DNA from: Xanthomonas campestris pv. campestris str. ATCC 33913
Lineage (GTDB): Bacteria; Pseudomonadota; Gammaproteobacteria; Xanthomonadales; Xanthomonadaceae
Direction: 5' to 3'
DNA length: 32,000 nt
Assembly (NCBI RefSeq): GCF_000007145.1
Contig: NC_003902.1
Span: 1,957,436-1,989,435, forward strand
In this document: positions 19,033 to 29,189 of the stretch, one piece after another
Numbering within the stretch: the stretch's first letter is position 1
Layout: each line of letters opens with the position of its first letter
Made by a program: the position numbers and the translations under genes
The notes under the pieces: model-generated
Told to the model about the DNA's origin: nothing
Seen by the model: only the letters and a program-made list of their open reading frames with translations
Database searches by the model: none

Positions 19033-19863
19033 ATGAAACTGTGTGACTTCGAAGTTGGCCTGGATCAGCCGCTGTTCCTGATTGCCGGCCCCTGCGTGAT
19101 CGAGTCGATGCAGCTGCAGCTTGACGTGGCCGGCAAGCTCAAGGAGATCACCGGCAAGCTGGGGATCAACTTCATCTTCAAGTCGAGTTTCGACAAGGCC
19201 AACCGCACCTCCGGCACCAGCTTCCGCGGCCCCGGCCTGGAAGAAGGCCTGAAGGTGCTGGACGCGGTGAAAAAGCAGATCGGCGTGCCGGTGCTCACCG
19301 ACGTGCACGAATACACCCCGATGAATGAAGTCGCCGCCGTCGTCGACGTGCTGCAGACCCCGGCCTTTCTGGTGCGCCAGACCGACTTCATCAAGAACGT
19401 CTGCGCCGCCGGCAAGCCGGTGAACATCAAGAAGGGCCAATTTCTGGCGCCGTGGGACATGAAGCCGGTGGTGGACAAGGCCAAGTCGACCGGCAACGAG
19501 CAGATCATGGTCTGCGAACGTGGCGCCTCGTTCGGCTACAACAACCTGGTCAGCGACATGCGCTCGCTCAGCGTCATGCGCGACACCGGCTGCCCGGTGG
19601 TGTTCGATGCCACCCATTCGGTGCAGTTGCCGGGCGGGCAGGGCAGCAGTTCCGGTGGCCAACGCGAATTCGTGCCGGTGCTGGCACGTGCCGCTGTCGC
19701 AGTGGGCATTTCCGGCCTGTTTGCCGAAACCCATCCGGACCCGTCCAAGGCGTTGTCCGATGGCCCCAATGCCTGGCCGCTGGACCGCATGGAAGAGTTG
19801 CTCGAGACGCTGATGGAACTGGATGCAGTGACCAAAAAGCACGGGTTCGCGCGCTTCGCATGA
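19033..19863 (+). CDS. kdsA: 3-deoxy-8-phosphooctulonate synthase (KDO-8-P synthase)
   Basis: From ATG 19033: [25 protein letters not shown]...[14 protein letters not shown]...VLTDVHE...[11 protein letters not shown]. The upstream part of the track ORF (from 18958) is a translation of the repeat element. Confidence 0.95.
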   Translation: MKLCDFEVGLDQPLFLIAGPCVIESMQLQLDVAGKLKEITGKLGINFIFKSSFDKANRTSGTSFRGPGLEEGLKVLDAVKKQIGVPVLTDVHEYTPMNEVAAVVDVLQTPAFLVRQTDFIKNVCAAGKPVNIKKGQFLAPWDMKPVVDKAKSTGNEQIMVCERGASFGYNNLVSDMRSLSVMRDTGCPVVFDATHSVQLPGGQGSSSGGQREFVPVLARAAVAVGISGLFAETHPDPSKALSDGPNAWPLDRMEELLETLMELDAVTKKHGFARFA

Positions 19864-20222
19864 GTCCTGATCCATGGGCGCAGGCAGCAGTGCGCCGCCA
19901 GCGCCGGCAGTGGCGTCACTGGCCCTGGGGCTGGGTGGTGCTGGGCCTGTCGCTGTCCGCGTGGGCCTGTTTTGCGGTAATGGCCTTCCTGGCGGCCGCC
20001 AGCTTCGGCATGCCGGGCGACGGCAGTCATGCCATGCAGGCCACGCGCACCCCGATGCTGGTCACGCTGGTGGTGGGTGCGCTGGTGACATTGGGCGGCC
20101 TGGTGGCCGGCCCCCTTGCGCTTCGGCTGGGTCGCCAGCCTGTCGCCGCGGCGATGGGGCTGGCGTCGCTGCTGTTCTTGCTCTTGTTGTTTGGCTTGTC
20201 GCTGCTGGGCGTGATGGCCTAG
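19860..20222 (+). CDS. Small integral membrane protein (hypothetical, about 3 TM segments)
   Basis: 120 aa: [47 protein letters not shown]...[22 protein letters not shown]...[24 protein letters not shown]. The start overlaps the kdsA stop (ATGA). This frame has strong GC3 bias, unlike the competing frame 19874-20293. I recognise no homology. Confidence 0.5.
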   Translation: MSPDPWAQAAVRRQRRQWRHWPWGWVVLGLSLSAWACFAVMAFLAAASFGMPGDGSHAMQATRTPMLVTLVVGALVTLGGLVAGPLALRLGRQPVAAAMGLASLLFLLLLFGLSLLGVMA

Positions 20223-20335
20223 CGGCGCGCCGGCTGGCTTGCCGTGCGTTCGCTGCCCATGCGATTTGGCAACGGGGCAGTGTGCGGCGATAATCCGGCA
20301 GCTTGTTTCCGGTGTACTTCCCCCCTTACTGGTAA

Positions 20336-21640
<1,305 letters not shown>

Positions 21641-21643
21641 GCC

Positions 21644-22009
21644 GTGCGCAACTGGCGCTGGCTCCTGCTGGTGCTGGCGGTACTGCTGGCGTGGCTGCAG
21701 TACCGCTTCTGGTTCGGGCCTGGGAATTCCGGCGAGGTGATGATGCTGGAAGCCCAGGTTGCCCATCAGACACGGGATAACGAAGGCCTGCGCCAACGCA
21801 ATCAGGCATTGGCGGCAGAGGTCAAGGATTTGAAGGACGGCGAGGCGGCAATCGAGGAACGCGCGCGCAGCGAGCTGGGCATGATCAAGCCCGGCGAGAC
21901 GTTTTATCGCGTGGTCGAAGATGCGCCGCTGTTGCCACCGGCAGCGCAGGAAGCAGCACCGCCTGCACAACCGCCCGCAGCGTCTGCCGACCCGGTAGAT
22001 CACCCATGA
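21644..22009 (+). CDS. ftsB: Cell division protein FtsB
   Basis: 121 aa with a GTG start 3 nt after the eno stop. It has one N-terminal TM segment ([22 protein letters not shown]). A coiled coil follows ([32 protein letters not shown]), then the [21 protein letters not shown] motif typical of FtsB. The eno-ftsB-ispD synteny is conserved. Confidence 0.85.
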   Translation: MRNWRWLLLVLAVLLAWLQYRFWFGPGNSGEVMMLEAQVAHQTRDNEGLRQRNQALAAEVKDLKDGEAAIEERARSELGMIKPGETFYRVVEDAPLLPPAAQEAAPPAQPPAASADPVDHP

Positions 22010-22803
22010 CCGGCTCGGTGTGGGCGATTGTCCCAGCGGCCGGGCGTGGCACGCGCTTCGGCGGTGCGGTTCCCAAGCAATACCTGCACGCAGCGGGCCA
22101 GCCGCTCATGGCCTACACGTTGGCGGCCTTGGCAGCACATCCGGCGGTGGCCGGGATCGTGGTGGCGATTGCTCCCGACGATGCCGACTGGCCGGGCTGG
22201 ACAGCCGTGCACGCCAAGCCCGTGCTCACCTGCGTGGGCGGCGCCACGCGTGCGGCGTCGGTGCTGGCCGGGTTGCTGGCGTTACCCGATGGCGTGCGCG
22301 CCGATGACTTTGTGCTGGTGCACGATGCGGCCCGGCCCAACCTGGCGCTGGCCGATCTGGACCGGTTGCTGGAGATTGGCCGCGGCGATCCGGTCGGTGC
22401 CATTTTGGCCGCGCCGGTGCGCGATACGCTCAAACGCGCAGGCGACGATGGCGGGATCGATGGCACTGAGCCGCGCGAGCGGTTGTGGCGCGCGTTGACG
22501 CCACAGTTGTTCCGGCGCCATCAGTTGATCCGCGGCCTCACCGAGGCATCGGCTGCCGGCGTGGACGTGACCGACGAGGCGATGGCGATCGAGCGGCTTG
22601 GCTTGCGTCCCTTGCTGGTGGAAGGTGCCGAAGACAACTTCAAGGTGACCACGCCTGCGGACCTGGCGCGTTTTGAATTCGAGCTGGCGAACCGCGACCG
22701 CGGTGGCGCAAGCCGGGAGGCTGAGCGCAGCGCTATGCCCTCCGCTGCAACGTCCGTTTTTTCCGGTGCGCGTTCTGCGGCGTCCGGTTCCGAAGAGGTG
22801 TAA
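22006..22803 (+). CDS. ispD: 2-C-methyl-D-erythritol 4-phosphate cytidylyltransferase
   Basis: 265 aa. It contains [14 protein letters not shown]...[14 protein letters not shown] and [10 protein letters not shown]. The start overlaps the ftsB stop (ATGA). It carries a low-complexity C-terminal tail beyond the usual domain end. Confidence 0.9.
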   Translation: MTGSVWAIVPAAGRGTRFGGAVPKQYLHAAGQPLMAYTLAALAAHPAVAGIVVAIAPDDADWPGWTAVHAKPVLTCVGGATRAASVLAGLLALPDGVRADDFVLVHDAARPNLALADLDRLLEIGRGDPVGAILAAPVRDTLKRAGDDGGIDGTEPRERLWRALTPQLFRRHQLIRGLTEASAAGVDVTDEAMAIERLGLRPLLVEGAEDNFKVTTPADLARFEFELANRDRGGASREAERSAMPSAATSVFSGARSAASGSEEV

Positions 22804-22808
22804 GCAAC

Positions 22809-23300
22809 ATGTCCTTCAATTTCCGCATCGGCCAGGGTTACGACGTGCATGCGTTCGGCCCGGGCGATCATCTGATGCTGGGTGGCGTGCGCATGGCGCA
22901 CAGTCACGGTGTGCTGGCACACAGCGATGGCGACGTGGTGCTGCATGCGTTGTGCGATGCAATGCTCGGTGGCCTGGCGCTGGGCGATATCGGTGTGCAT
23001 TTTCCGCCCTCCGATGCGCGTTGGAAGGGTGCCGACAGCGCGCAGTTTGTGCAGCACTGCGACCAGTTGCTGCGTGATCGCGGCTGGCGGGTGGGCAATG
23101 CCGACATCACGGTGATCTGCGAGCGGCCCAAGGTGGGGCCGCACGCGTTGGCGATGCGCGAGCGCATTGCCGGGCTGCTGGCCATCGAACTGGATGCGGT
23201 GAGCGTCAAGGCGACCACCAGCGAGAAGCTGGGATTCACCGGGCGTAGCGAAGGCATTGCCGCACAGGCTGCGGTGCTGCTCGGCAAGATCGCTGCCTAA
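22809..23300 (+). CDS. ispF: 2-C-methyl-D-erythritol 2,4-cyclodiphosphate synthase
   Basis: 163 aa. It contains [25 protein letters not shown] and GDIGVHFP motifs. Confidence 0.95.
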   Translation: MSFNFRIGQGYDVHAFGPGDHLMLGGVRMAHSHGVLAHSDGDVVLHALCDAMLGGLALGDIGVHFPPSDARWKGADSAQFVQHCDQLLRDRGWRVGNADITVICERPKVGPHALAMRERIAGLLAIELDAVSVKATTSEKLGFTGRSEGIAAQAAVLLGKIAA

Positions 23301-23395
23301 CTGGCGTCGCACGCGCGAGGCGTGCGATTTCATTCTGACGCCGGCGATGCCGGCAGCATGCGGACGTCACCTGTCGCATCTCACTGGACTTTCCC

Positions 23396-24499
23396 ATGAG
23401 CGATTCACCCGTTTTGCCGCGCGCGCATGGCGCCGCGGTGCTCACTGCGGCAATGCGCAGCGTTGCCGAGGATTTCCAGGTTGATGAGTTGCCCGCGTTC
23501 GATGCATCGGGTGAAGGCGAGCATCTGCTGCTGACCGTGCGCAAGCGTGGCCAGAACACCGCTTACGTGGCCAAGCGTTTGGCGCAGTGGGCCGGCATTG
23601 CGGAGATGGGCATTGGCTACGCGGGTCTGAAGGACCGCCACGCGGTGACCACGCAACGCTTCAGCGTGCATCTGCCCAAGCGCATCGCCCCGGACCTGAG
23701 TGCGCTGGACGATGACGACATGCAGGTGGTGGAGCACACCTGGCACAACCGCAAGCTGCAGCGCGGCGCCTTGCACGGCAATCGCTTCGTGCTGACGCTG
23801 CGTGAGGTGGTGGGCGATCAGGCGGTCATTGATGCGCGCCTGCACGCGATCGCTGCGCGCGGCATCCCCAACTGGTTTGGCGAGCAGCGCTTCGGCCGCG
23901 ATGGTGGCAATGTCGCCGCGGCATTGGCGATGTTCGGTCACACGCGGCAGCCGGATGGCACGCTCGCGCCCGCACCCAAACGGCGCCTGCGCAACGATCA
24001 ACGCTCGCTGCTGTTGTCGGCAGCACGCTCGGCACTGTTCAACCAGGTGCTGACTGCGCGCGTGGAACAGGGCAATTGGGATGCGCCACTGGACGGCGAG
24101 GCCTGGATGCTGGACGGCTCACGCAGCGTGTTCGGTCCCGAACCCTGGAGCGAGGTGTTGGCCGAGCGTCTGGCGCGTTTCGACATTCATCCCAGCGGCC
24201 CGTTGTGGGGCGCCGGCGAATTACGCTGCAGCGCTGATGCCGCGGCGATTGAACAGGCGGCACTGTCGGATCCGCAATCGCTTGCGTTGCGCACGGGCCT
24301 GGAAGCGGCCGGCCTCAAGCAGGAGCGCCGCGCGCTGCGGCTGCGTCCGCAGGGGTTGGCACATGCCTGGCTGGACGCGCAGACGCTGCAGCTCACCTTC
24401 GCCTTGCCACCGGGCTGCTACGCGACTGCGGTGTTGTGGGAACTGGGCGAGGTCGTCGATGCAGCGCGCGTTGCACCGCAGTCGCGTTCCGAGGGCTGA
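23396..24499 (+). CDS. truD: tRNA pseudouridine(13) synthase TruD
   Basis: 367 aa. It contains FQVDELP...[17 protein letters not shown], the catalytic-Asp region [14 protein letters not shown], and NWFGEQRFG. The ispDF-truD-surE-pcm synteny matches that of other gamma-proteobacteria. Confidence 0.9.
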
Positions 24500-24524
24500 G
24501 TGGTACGCCAAGCACTAGCATTCC

Positions 24525-24594
24525 CGTAGGAGCGGCCTTGGCCGCGATGAGGCGTTACCGACAACGCCTCATCGCGGCCGGGCCCGCTCCTACG
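24525..24594. repeat. REP-like palindromic element (gtaggagcgg...ccgctcctac type)
   Basis: The 32-nt arms are cgtaggagcggccttggccgcgatgaggcgtt (24525-24556) and aacgcctcatcgcggccgggcccgctcctacg (24563-24594). They are complementary except for a central 4-nt block, and the loop is accgac. The element starts 26 nt after the truD stop, so it could act as a terminator or mRNA stabiliser. Confidence 0.75.
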
Positions 24595-24614
24595 CTGCAT
24601 GATAGGTGCGACTA

Positions 24615-24757
24615 AGAGTGGCTATCAAAACGTAGCGAGCAGCCGCCAGGTGGGTGCGGACGGCGCGGAAGAGCTGGTGTGCAGGAGTGGTACATGCCGA
24701 TTTTGAGCACCGGCCGCGCCCGCCTGGCGGCTGCGCAGTCGTTTTGATAGCTGCTCT
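24615..24757 (+). repeat. 143-nt long imperfect hairpin (MITE-like or structured 3'-UTR RNA element) between convergent truD and smr
   Basis: 24615-24632 pairs with 24740-24757, including the 12-bp core gctatcaaaacg/cgttttgatagc. After a 7x6 internal loop, 24640-24663 pairs with 24710-24733. The apical region is 46 nt (24664-24709). Four non-Watson-Crick positions are T:G (G.U in RNA) on the plus strand. On the minus strand the same positions would be A:C mismatches. Confidence 0.6.
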
Positions 24758-25301
24758 AACGTCGTGCCAACAACACCAGCAAGGCGCCGGTTCCACCTTG
24801 CGTCGGCGGTGCGGAATGGAAGGCCAGCACATCGTTGCGCTGACGCAGCACACGGTCGACCAGATTCTTCAGCACCGGTGCGCCACTGTCCGATTGCAGG
24901 CCCTTGCCGTGGATGATGCGCACGCAGCCGTGCTCGTGTGCATGCGCCTCGAGCAAAAACTGGCGTAGCAAGGCGTCGGCTTGTACGGCAGTGGCGCCGT
25001 GCAGGTCCAGTTCGTCCTGCACCGAAAACTGCCCGCGCTTGAGTCGCTGGAACAGCCGCGCGGGCAGGGTATCGCGGCGGTAGCTGGCGGTGTCACCAGC
25101 TTCCAGCGGCGAAGAATCACGCAGCAGGCGCGCAAATTCGCTCTGCGCCTCGGCTTCGTCGCGCTCGGCCATACGCGCACGCGGCTTTGGCCGCGGCTTG
25201 GTGTTGGCGGGCGGCGCAACGGCGCGGATCGGCTTCACTTCGCCAATGGCTGCACGGAACAGCGCGCCGTCGTCTTCGTCTTCAGGATGCGACATCGTCA
25301 C
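24756..25301 (-). CDS. Smr (small MutS-related) domain protein, SmrA/YdaL-like
   Basis: 181 aa. The C-terminal Smr domain reads [41 protein letters not shown]...[37 protein letters not shown]. Confidence 0.85.
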   Translation of the reverse strand: MTMSHPEDEDDGALFRAAIGEVKPIRAVAPPANTKPRPKPRARMAERDEAEAQSEFARLLRDSSPLEAGDTASYRRDTLPARLFQRLKRGQFSVQDELDLHGATAVQADALLRQFLLEAHAHEHGCVRIIHGKGLQSDSGAPVLKNLVDRVLRQRNDVLAFHSAPPTQGGTGALLVLLARR

Positions 25302-25394
25302 AGCGTACCCTGCCCAACCTCAGGCGCAAGCGAAGATCAAGCGCGAAGCGGACGGACGCATCCGGTATCATGGCCGGGTTTTCCGAGGAGTCCC

Positions 25395-26174
25395 ATGCGC
25401 GTACTGGTTAGCAACGACGACGGTGTCGACGCCCCCGGCATCCAGATTCTGGCCGAGGCGCTGCGACGCGCCGGTCATGAAGTGATGGTAGTCGCGCCCG
25501 ATCGCGATCGCTCTGGTGCCAGCAATTCGCTGACCCTGGATGTGCCGATCCGCACCCGCCGCATCGACGCGCAAACCTGCGCGGTTGCCGGCACACCCAC
25601 CGACTGCGTGCATCTGGCGCTCACGGGCATGCTCGATTACGACCCGGATATCGTGGTCTCGGGCATCAATAATTCCGCCAATCTCGGCGACGACGTGATC
25701 TATTCGGGCACGGTGTCTGCTGCGATGGAAGGGCGTTTTCTCGGCCTGCCCGCAGTGGCGGTCTCGCTGGTGACGCAGAATCACGAAGCCCATCATTTCG
25801 AGACCGCCGCACGCGCCGCGGTGGAAATCGTGGCGCGGTTGAAGGCCGATCCATTGCCCGCCGACACCATCCTCAATGTCAACGTGCCGGATCTGGCCTG
25901 GGCGGATGTGCTCGGGTTCGAAGTGACGCGTCTTGGCAACCGGCATCGGTCCGAGCCGTGCGTGCCGCAGAACGATCCGCGTGGCCGTACCGTCTACTGG
26001 ATCGGCCCGGCCGGTCCCGAGCAGGATGCCGGCGCCGGCACCGACTTCCACGCCGTGCGCACCGGGCATATCTCGATCACGCCGATCCACGTCGATCTCA
26101 CCCGCTACCAGGCGCTGGACACCGTGGCCGGCTGGGTCGGCGGCCTGACCGCCGCGCTGGACGCGCCGGCATGA
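25395..26174 (+). CDS. surE: 5'/3'-nucleotidase SurE
   Basis: From ATG 25395, with a GAGGAG RBS upstream: [23 protein letters not shown]...[16 protein letters not shown]...GTPTDCV...[25 protein letters not shown]. Confidence 0.95.
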   Translation: MRVLVSNDDGVDAPGIQILAEALRRAGHEVMVVAPDRDRSGASNSLTLDVPIRTRRIDAQTCAVAGTPTDCVHLALTGMLDYDPDIVVSGINNSANLGDDVIYSGTVSAAMEGRFLGLPAVAVSLVTQNHEAHHFETAARAAVEIVARLKADPLPADTILNVNVPDLAWADVLGFEVTRLGNRHRSEPCVPQNDPRGRTVYWIGPAGPEQDAGAGTDFHAVRTGHISITPIHVDLTRYQALDTVAGWVGGLTAALDAPA

Positions 26175-26848
26175 CCCCGCGGCTGCGCCTGCAACCGGAA
26201 TCGGTGGGAATCGGCATGACCTCGCAGCGGGTGCGCGACCGTCTGGTCGAGCGTCTGCGCGAGTCCGGTATCCAGGACGAAGCCACGCTCAACGCCGTGC
26301 GCACCGTGCCGCGTCACCTGTTCATCGATGAAGCGCTGGCCTCGCGCGCTTACGAAGACACTGCGCTGCCGATCGGCCATGGCCAGACCATTTCCCAGCC
26401 ATGGGTGGTCGCGCGCATGACCGAGGCGGTGCTGCAGGTGGCGCCGAAGAAAGTGCTCGAAGTGGGCACCGGCTCTGGCTACCAGGGCGCGATCCTGGCG
26501 GCACTGGGCCTGGAGGTCTATACCGTCGAGCGCATCGGCGATCTGCTGCGCCAGGCGCGCAAGCGCTTTCGCCATCTGGGCATGAACGTGCGCAGCAAGC
26601 ACGACGATGGCCGGATCGGCTGGCCGGAGCACGGACCCTATGATGCGATCGTGGTCACCGCGGCCGCGCCGGCGCTGGTCGATGCCTTGGTCGATCAGCT
26701 GGCGGTCGGTGGCCGGTTGGTGGCCCCGGTCGGTGGTGCCTCGTCGCAATCACTGGTGCAGCTGACGCGCGGCGCCGATGGCGAGATCGCGCAAGAGGTT
26801 CTGGCGCCGGTCACGTTCGTCCCTCTGTTGTCGGGCATGCTGGATTGA
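26171..26848 (+). CDS. pcm: Protein-L-isoaspartate O-methyltransferase
   Basis: 225 aa. It contains [40 protein letters not shown] and the SAM-binding motif [11 protein letters not shown]. The start overlaps the surE stop (ATGA). Confidence 0.95.
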   Translation: MTPRLRLQPESVGIGMTSQRVRDRLVERLRESGIQDEATLNAVRTVPRHLFIDEALASRAYEDTALPIGHGQTISQPWVVARMTEAVLQVAPKKVLEVGTGSGYQGAILAALGLEVYTVERIGDLLRQARKRFRHLGMNVRSKHDDGRIGWPEHGPYDAIVVTAAAPALVDALVDQLAVGGRLVAPVGGASSQSLVQLTRGADGEIAQEVLAPVTFVPLLSGMLD

Positions 26849-26866
26849 ACCCATGAGAGTTTCTCG

Positions 26867-27481
26867 ATGAAGATATTCGGGCCGTTGTACGACGTGGCCA
26901 TCCGTTGGTCCCGCCACCGCCGCGCACCAGCGCTGCTGACCGGCCTCAGTTTCGTCGAGGGCTTCATCTTTCCGGTCCCGCCGGAAGTGATGCTGGCGCC
27001 GATGTCGCTGGCAGAGCCGCGACGCGCGCTGTGGTTCGCCACGTTGAGCCTGATCGGATCGCTCAGCGGTGCGCTGGTGGGCTATCTGCTTGGCCACTTC
27101 GCGTTCGCTGCCTTGCAGCCGCTGATCGAGTGGCTGGGCTGGAGCGCGCGCATCGACGAGCAGGTGCAGAACCTGCGGCAGGTGGTGGCCGAATCGCCGT
27201 GGAAGGCGTTCTGGTTGCTGGTGATCGTGGGCTTTACGCCCATTCCCTTGAAGATCTTTACCTGGGCCTCGGGCGTGGTCGGCGTGCCGATCCTGCCGTT
27301 CATCGCCAGCATGCTGGTGGGGCGCGGCAAGCGCGTGTACCTGGTGGCCGGCGCGATCCGTCTTGGCGGCGCGCGCGCGGAAGCCGCGCTGCACCGCTGG
27401 ATCGAACCCCTGGGCTGGGTGGCGATGGCGGTCCTGGCGGTGGTGGCCGGCTGGCTGGTGTGGAAGGCAACGAACGGATGA
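26867..27481 (+). CDS. YqaA/DedA-like inner membrane protein
   Basis: 204 aa with multiple TM segments. It has FVEGFIFPVPPEVMLAPM near the N-terminus and a GRGKRVYLVAG-type region, as in YqaA/SNARE-associated family proteins. The family assignment is from memory of the motif pattern only. Confidence 0.6.
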   Translation: MKIFGPLYDVAIRWSRHRRAPALLTGLSFVEGFIFPVPPEVMLAPMSLAEPRRALWFATLSLIGSLSGALVGYLLGHFAFAALQPLIEWLGWSARIDEQVQNLRQVVAESPWKAFWLLVIVGFTPIPLKIFTWASGVVGVPILPFIASMLVGRGKRVYLVAGAIRLGGARAEAALHRWIEPLGWVAMAVLAVVAGWLVWKATNG

Positions 27482-28260
27482 GCAGGGCGCAGATGAAATT
27501 GGTACGCAAGACAGCGGTGATGCTGGTAGTGGCGGCAGGGCTGACGGCCTGCAGCAGCGCGACAGTGGTGCGTTCGCCCAACTCGGGCAGTGGTGGTGGC
27601 GCTTCGCGGCCCAGTGCCGCGCCGCGTCCGTCGGTGCCGCGTCCCGGTGCAACCGTGACCGTGCAGCGCGGCGACACGCTGTATGCGATTTCGCGCCGCA
27701 CCAATATCACCGCGCCGGACCTGGCTGCCTGGAACGGGCTGTCTTCACCGAACACGATCTACCCCGGGCAGACGCTCAAGCTGTATCCGCCCGGCGCGAG
27801 CAAGCCTGGTGCAAGTGCACCGGTGGCCAGTGGCGGCACCGTGGTTCCGCCGCGCCCGGCCGCACCGATTGCGGCCCCGGTCAGTAGCGGCTTCAGCTGG
27901 CGCTGGCCGGCCGACGGCGTGGTGGTGGGGACCTTCGTCACCGGCGAGACCACCAAGCAAGGCGTGGACATTGCCGGTGCCAGCGGGCAAGCCGTGCGCG
28001 CCGCCGCCGACGGCGTTGTGGTGTATTCCGGCGCCGGCCTGGTCGGCTACGGCGAGCTGATCATCATCAAGCACAACGATCAGTGGCTGTCGGCCTACGG
28101 CCACAACCGCAAGCGCCTGCTCAACGAAGGCCAGAGCGTGAAGGCCGGGCAGCAGATCGCCGAGATGGGCCGCAGCGGCGCCGCCCGCGACATGCTGCAC
28201 TTTGAGATCCGCTACAACGGCAAGCCGGTTGACCCGCTGCTGTATTTGCCTAAGAAGTGA
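27478..28260 (+). CDS. nlpD: Murein hydrolase activator NlpD-like lipoprotein (LysM plus peptidase M23 domains)
   Basis: From ATG 27478, overlapping the upstream stop (ATGA): MSRAQMKLVRKTAVMLVVAAGLTACSS, which contains a lipobox. The LysM domain is VTVQRGDTLYAISRRTNITAPDLAAWNGLSSPNTIYPGQTLKLY. The M23 domain is GVDIAG..GQAVRAAADGVVVYSG....YGELIIIKHND.WLSAYGHN...LHFEIR. An alternative start is ATG 27493. Confidence 0.85.
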   Translation: MSRAQMKLVRKTAVMLVVAAGLTACSSATVVRSPNSGSGGGASRPSAAPRPSVPRPGATVTVQRGDTLYAISRRTNITAPDLAAWNGLSSPNTIYPGQTLKLYPPGASKPGASAPVASGGTVVPPRPAAPIAAPVSSGFSWRWPADGVVVGTFVTGETTKQGVDIAGASGQAVRAAADGVVVYSGAGLVGYGELIIIKHNDQWLSAYGHNRKRLLNEGQSVKAGQQIAEMGRSGAARDMLHFEIRYNGKPVDPLLYLPKK

Positions 28261-28264
28261 AGCC

Positions 28265-28293
28265 GGGAATTGGGAATGGGCAGTCGGGAATCG
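28265..28293. repeat. GGGAAT-type heptamer array immediately after nlpD
   Basis: gggaatt gggaatg ggcagtc gggaatc g. GGGAAT occurs at 28265, 28272 and 28286, with one degenerate unit. The array starts 5 nt after the nlpD stop. Confidence 0.7.
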
Positions 28294-28403
28294 TAACGGC
28301 CCTGGGCTGAGGCGCTAAGGTAAGGCGCGAATTCTGCGCGTCATCAAGAGCGCTTCAGCGAAGTGGCATGGCTTGCTTGACAGCGACCAGTGCTTCGGCA
28401 GGC

Positions 28404-28427
28404 AATCCCGAATCCCGAATCCCGAAC
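28404..28427. repeat. AATCCCG heptamer array (3 perfect tandem units), in opposite orientation to the 28265 array
   Basis: aatcccg aatcccg aatcccg aac at 28404-28427. It directly abuts the stop codon (28428-28430) of the minus-strand Mth938-like gene. The reverse complement is cgggatt x3, related to but not identical with the GGGAAT units on the other side. Confidence 0.75.
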
Positions 28428-28802
28428 TCACCCGCCTACGATCATCGCCAGCGCCACCCGGCGGCCTTCGCTGGCCAGCACGTTGTAGGTGCGTGCCGCC
28501 GCCGCGTTGGTCATGGCTTCCAGGCCGATGCCGCGGGTCAGGCAGGCGGCCAGGACATCCGTAGACGGGAACTGCTGGCGCTCGCCGGTTCCCAGCAGGA
28601 TCACTGCCGGGTTCAGCGCCAGCACGGCGTCCATGTGGGCAGGCTGCAGCTGGCCGAGCGAGGGGACGGGCCAGTGTTCCACCAGCTCGTCGGGCATCAG
28701 GATGAAACTCTGCTGCAGAATCTGCTCGTTCACCTTGGCGTGGCGGCCATCGGCCGCGCGTAGCGCGTAAGTGTAGTCGGGGTGTTCCTGGTTCAAAGGC
28801 AT
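28428..28802 (-). CDS. Mth938-like (DUF498) domain protein
   Basis: From ATG 28802, 124 aa: MPLNQEHPDYTYALRAADGRHAKVNEQILQQSFILMPDELVEHWP...PAVILLGTGERQQFP...GIGLEAMTNAAAARTYNVLASEGRRVALAMIV. LLGTGxxxxFP and MxTxAAxRTYNxLxxEGRxV are family hallmarks. Confidence 0.75.
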   Translation of the reverse strand: MPLNQEHPDYTYALRAADGRHAKVNEQILQQSFILMPDELVEHWPVPSLGQLQPAHMDAVLALNPAVILLGTGERQQFPSTDVLAACLTRGIGLEAMTNAAAARTYNVLASEGRRVALAMIVGG

Positions 28803-28818
28803 GGCAGAACTCGTCGGG

Positions 28819-29124
28819 TCAGCCGCGCGGCAGCACGATCTGTCGCTTTTCCTTGCTGGGGCGGTACAGGATGGCGACATGGCCGATGCGCTGCACCAGC
28901 GCGCAGCCAGTGTGTTCGATGATCTCGGCGATCAACGCGTCGCGGGTTTCACGGTCTTCCGCTGCCACCTTCACCTTGATCAGCTCGTGGCGTTCGAGCA
29001 CATCTTCCAGCTCGGCCACGAACGCCGGCGTGACGCCCTTGCCGCCGGTCTGCAGCAGTGCTTTGAGATCATGGGCCTGGCCGCGCAGGAAACGGTTCTG
29101 GGCGGAGGTTAGAACGATGGACAT
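28819..29124 (-). CDS. yhbY: Ribosome assembly RNA-binding protein YhbY (CRM domain)
   Basis: 101 aa: LTSAQNRFLRGQAHDLKALLQTGGKGVTPAFVAELEDVLERHELIKVKV...LVQRIGHVAILYR. It is divergent from rlmE-ftsH, as in E. coli. Confidence 0.9.
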   Translation of the reverse strand: MSIVLTSAQNRFLRGQAHDLKALLQTGGKGVTPAFVAELEDVLERHELIKVKVAAEDRETRDALIAEIIEHTGCALVQRIGHVAILYRPSKEKRQIVLPRG

Positions 29125-29189
29125 GCAGGATCGAAAGGAAGCAAAGGGTGTTCAGGGTATCATGGCGGCCCGTTCGGACCCCTTTGCCA

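Noticed and set aside
22006-23300. Possible bifunctional IspDF fusion
   Set aside because: A clear TAA stop at 22801-22803 and a separate ATG at 22809 show two separate genes.
26905-27477. Upstream extension of the nlpD ORF (track ORF 26905-28260)
   Set aside because: It overlaps the whole YqaA-like gene in another frame. The lipoprotein signal sequence marks the true start at 27478.
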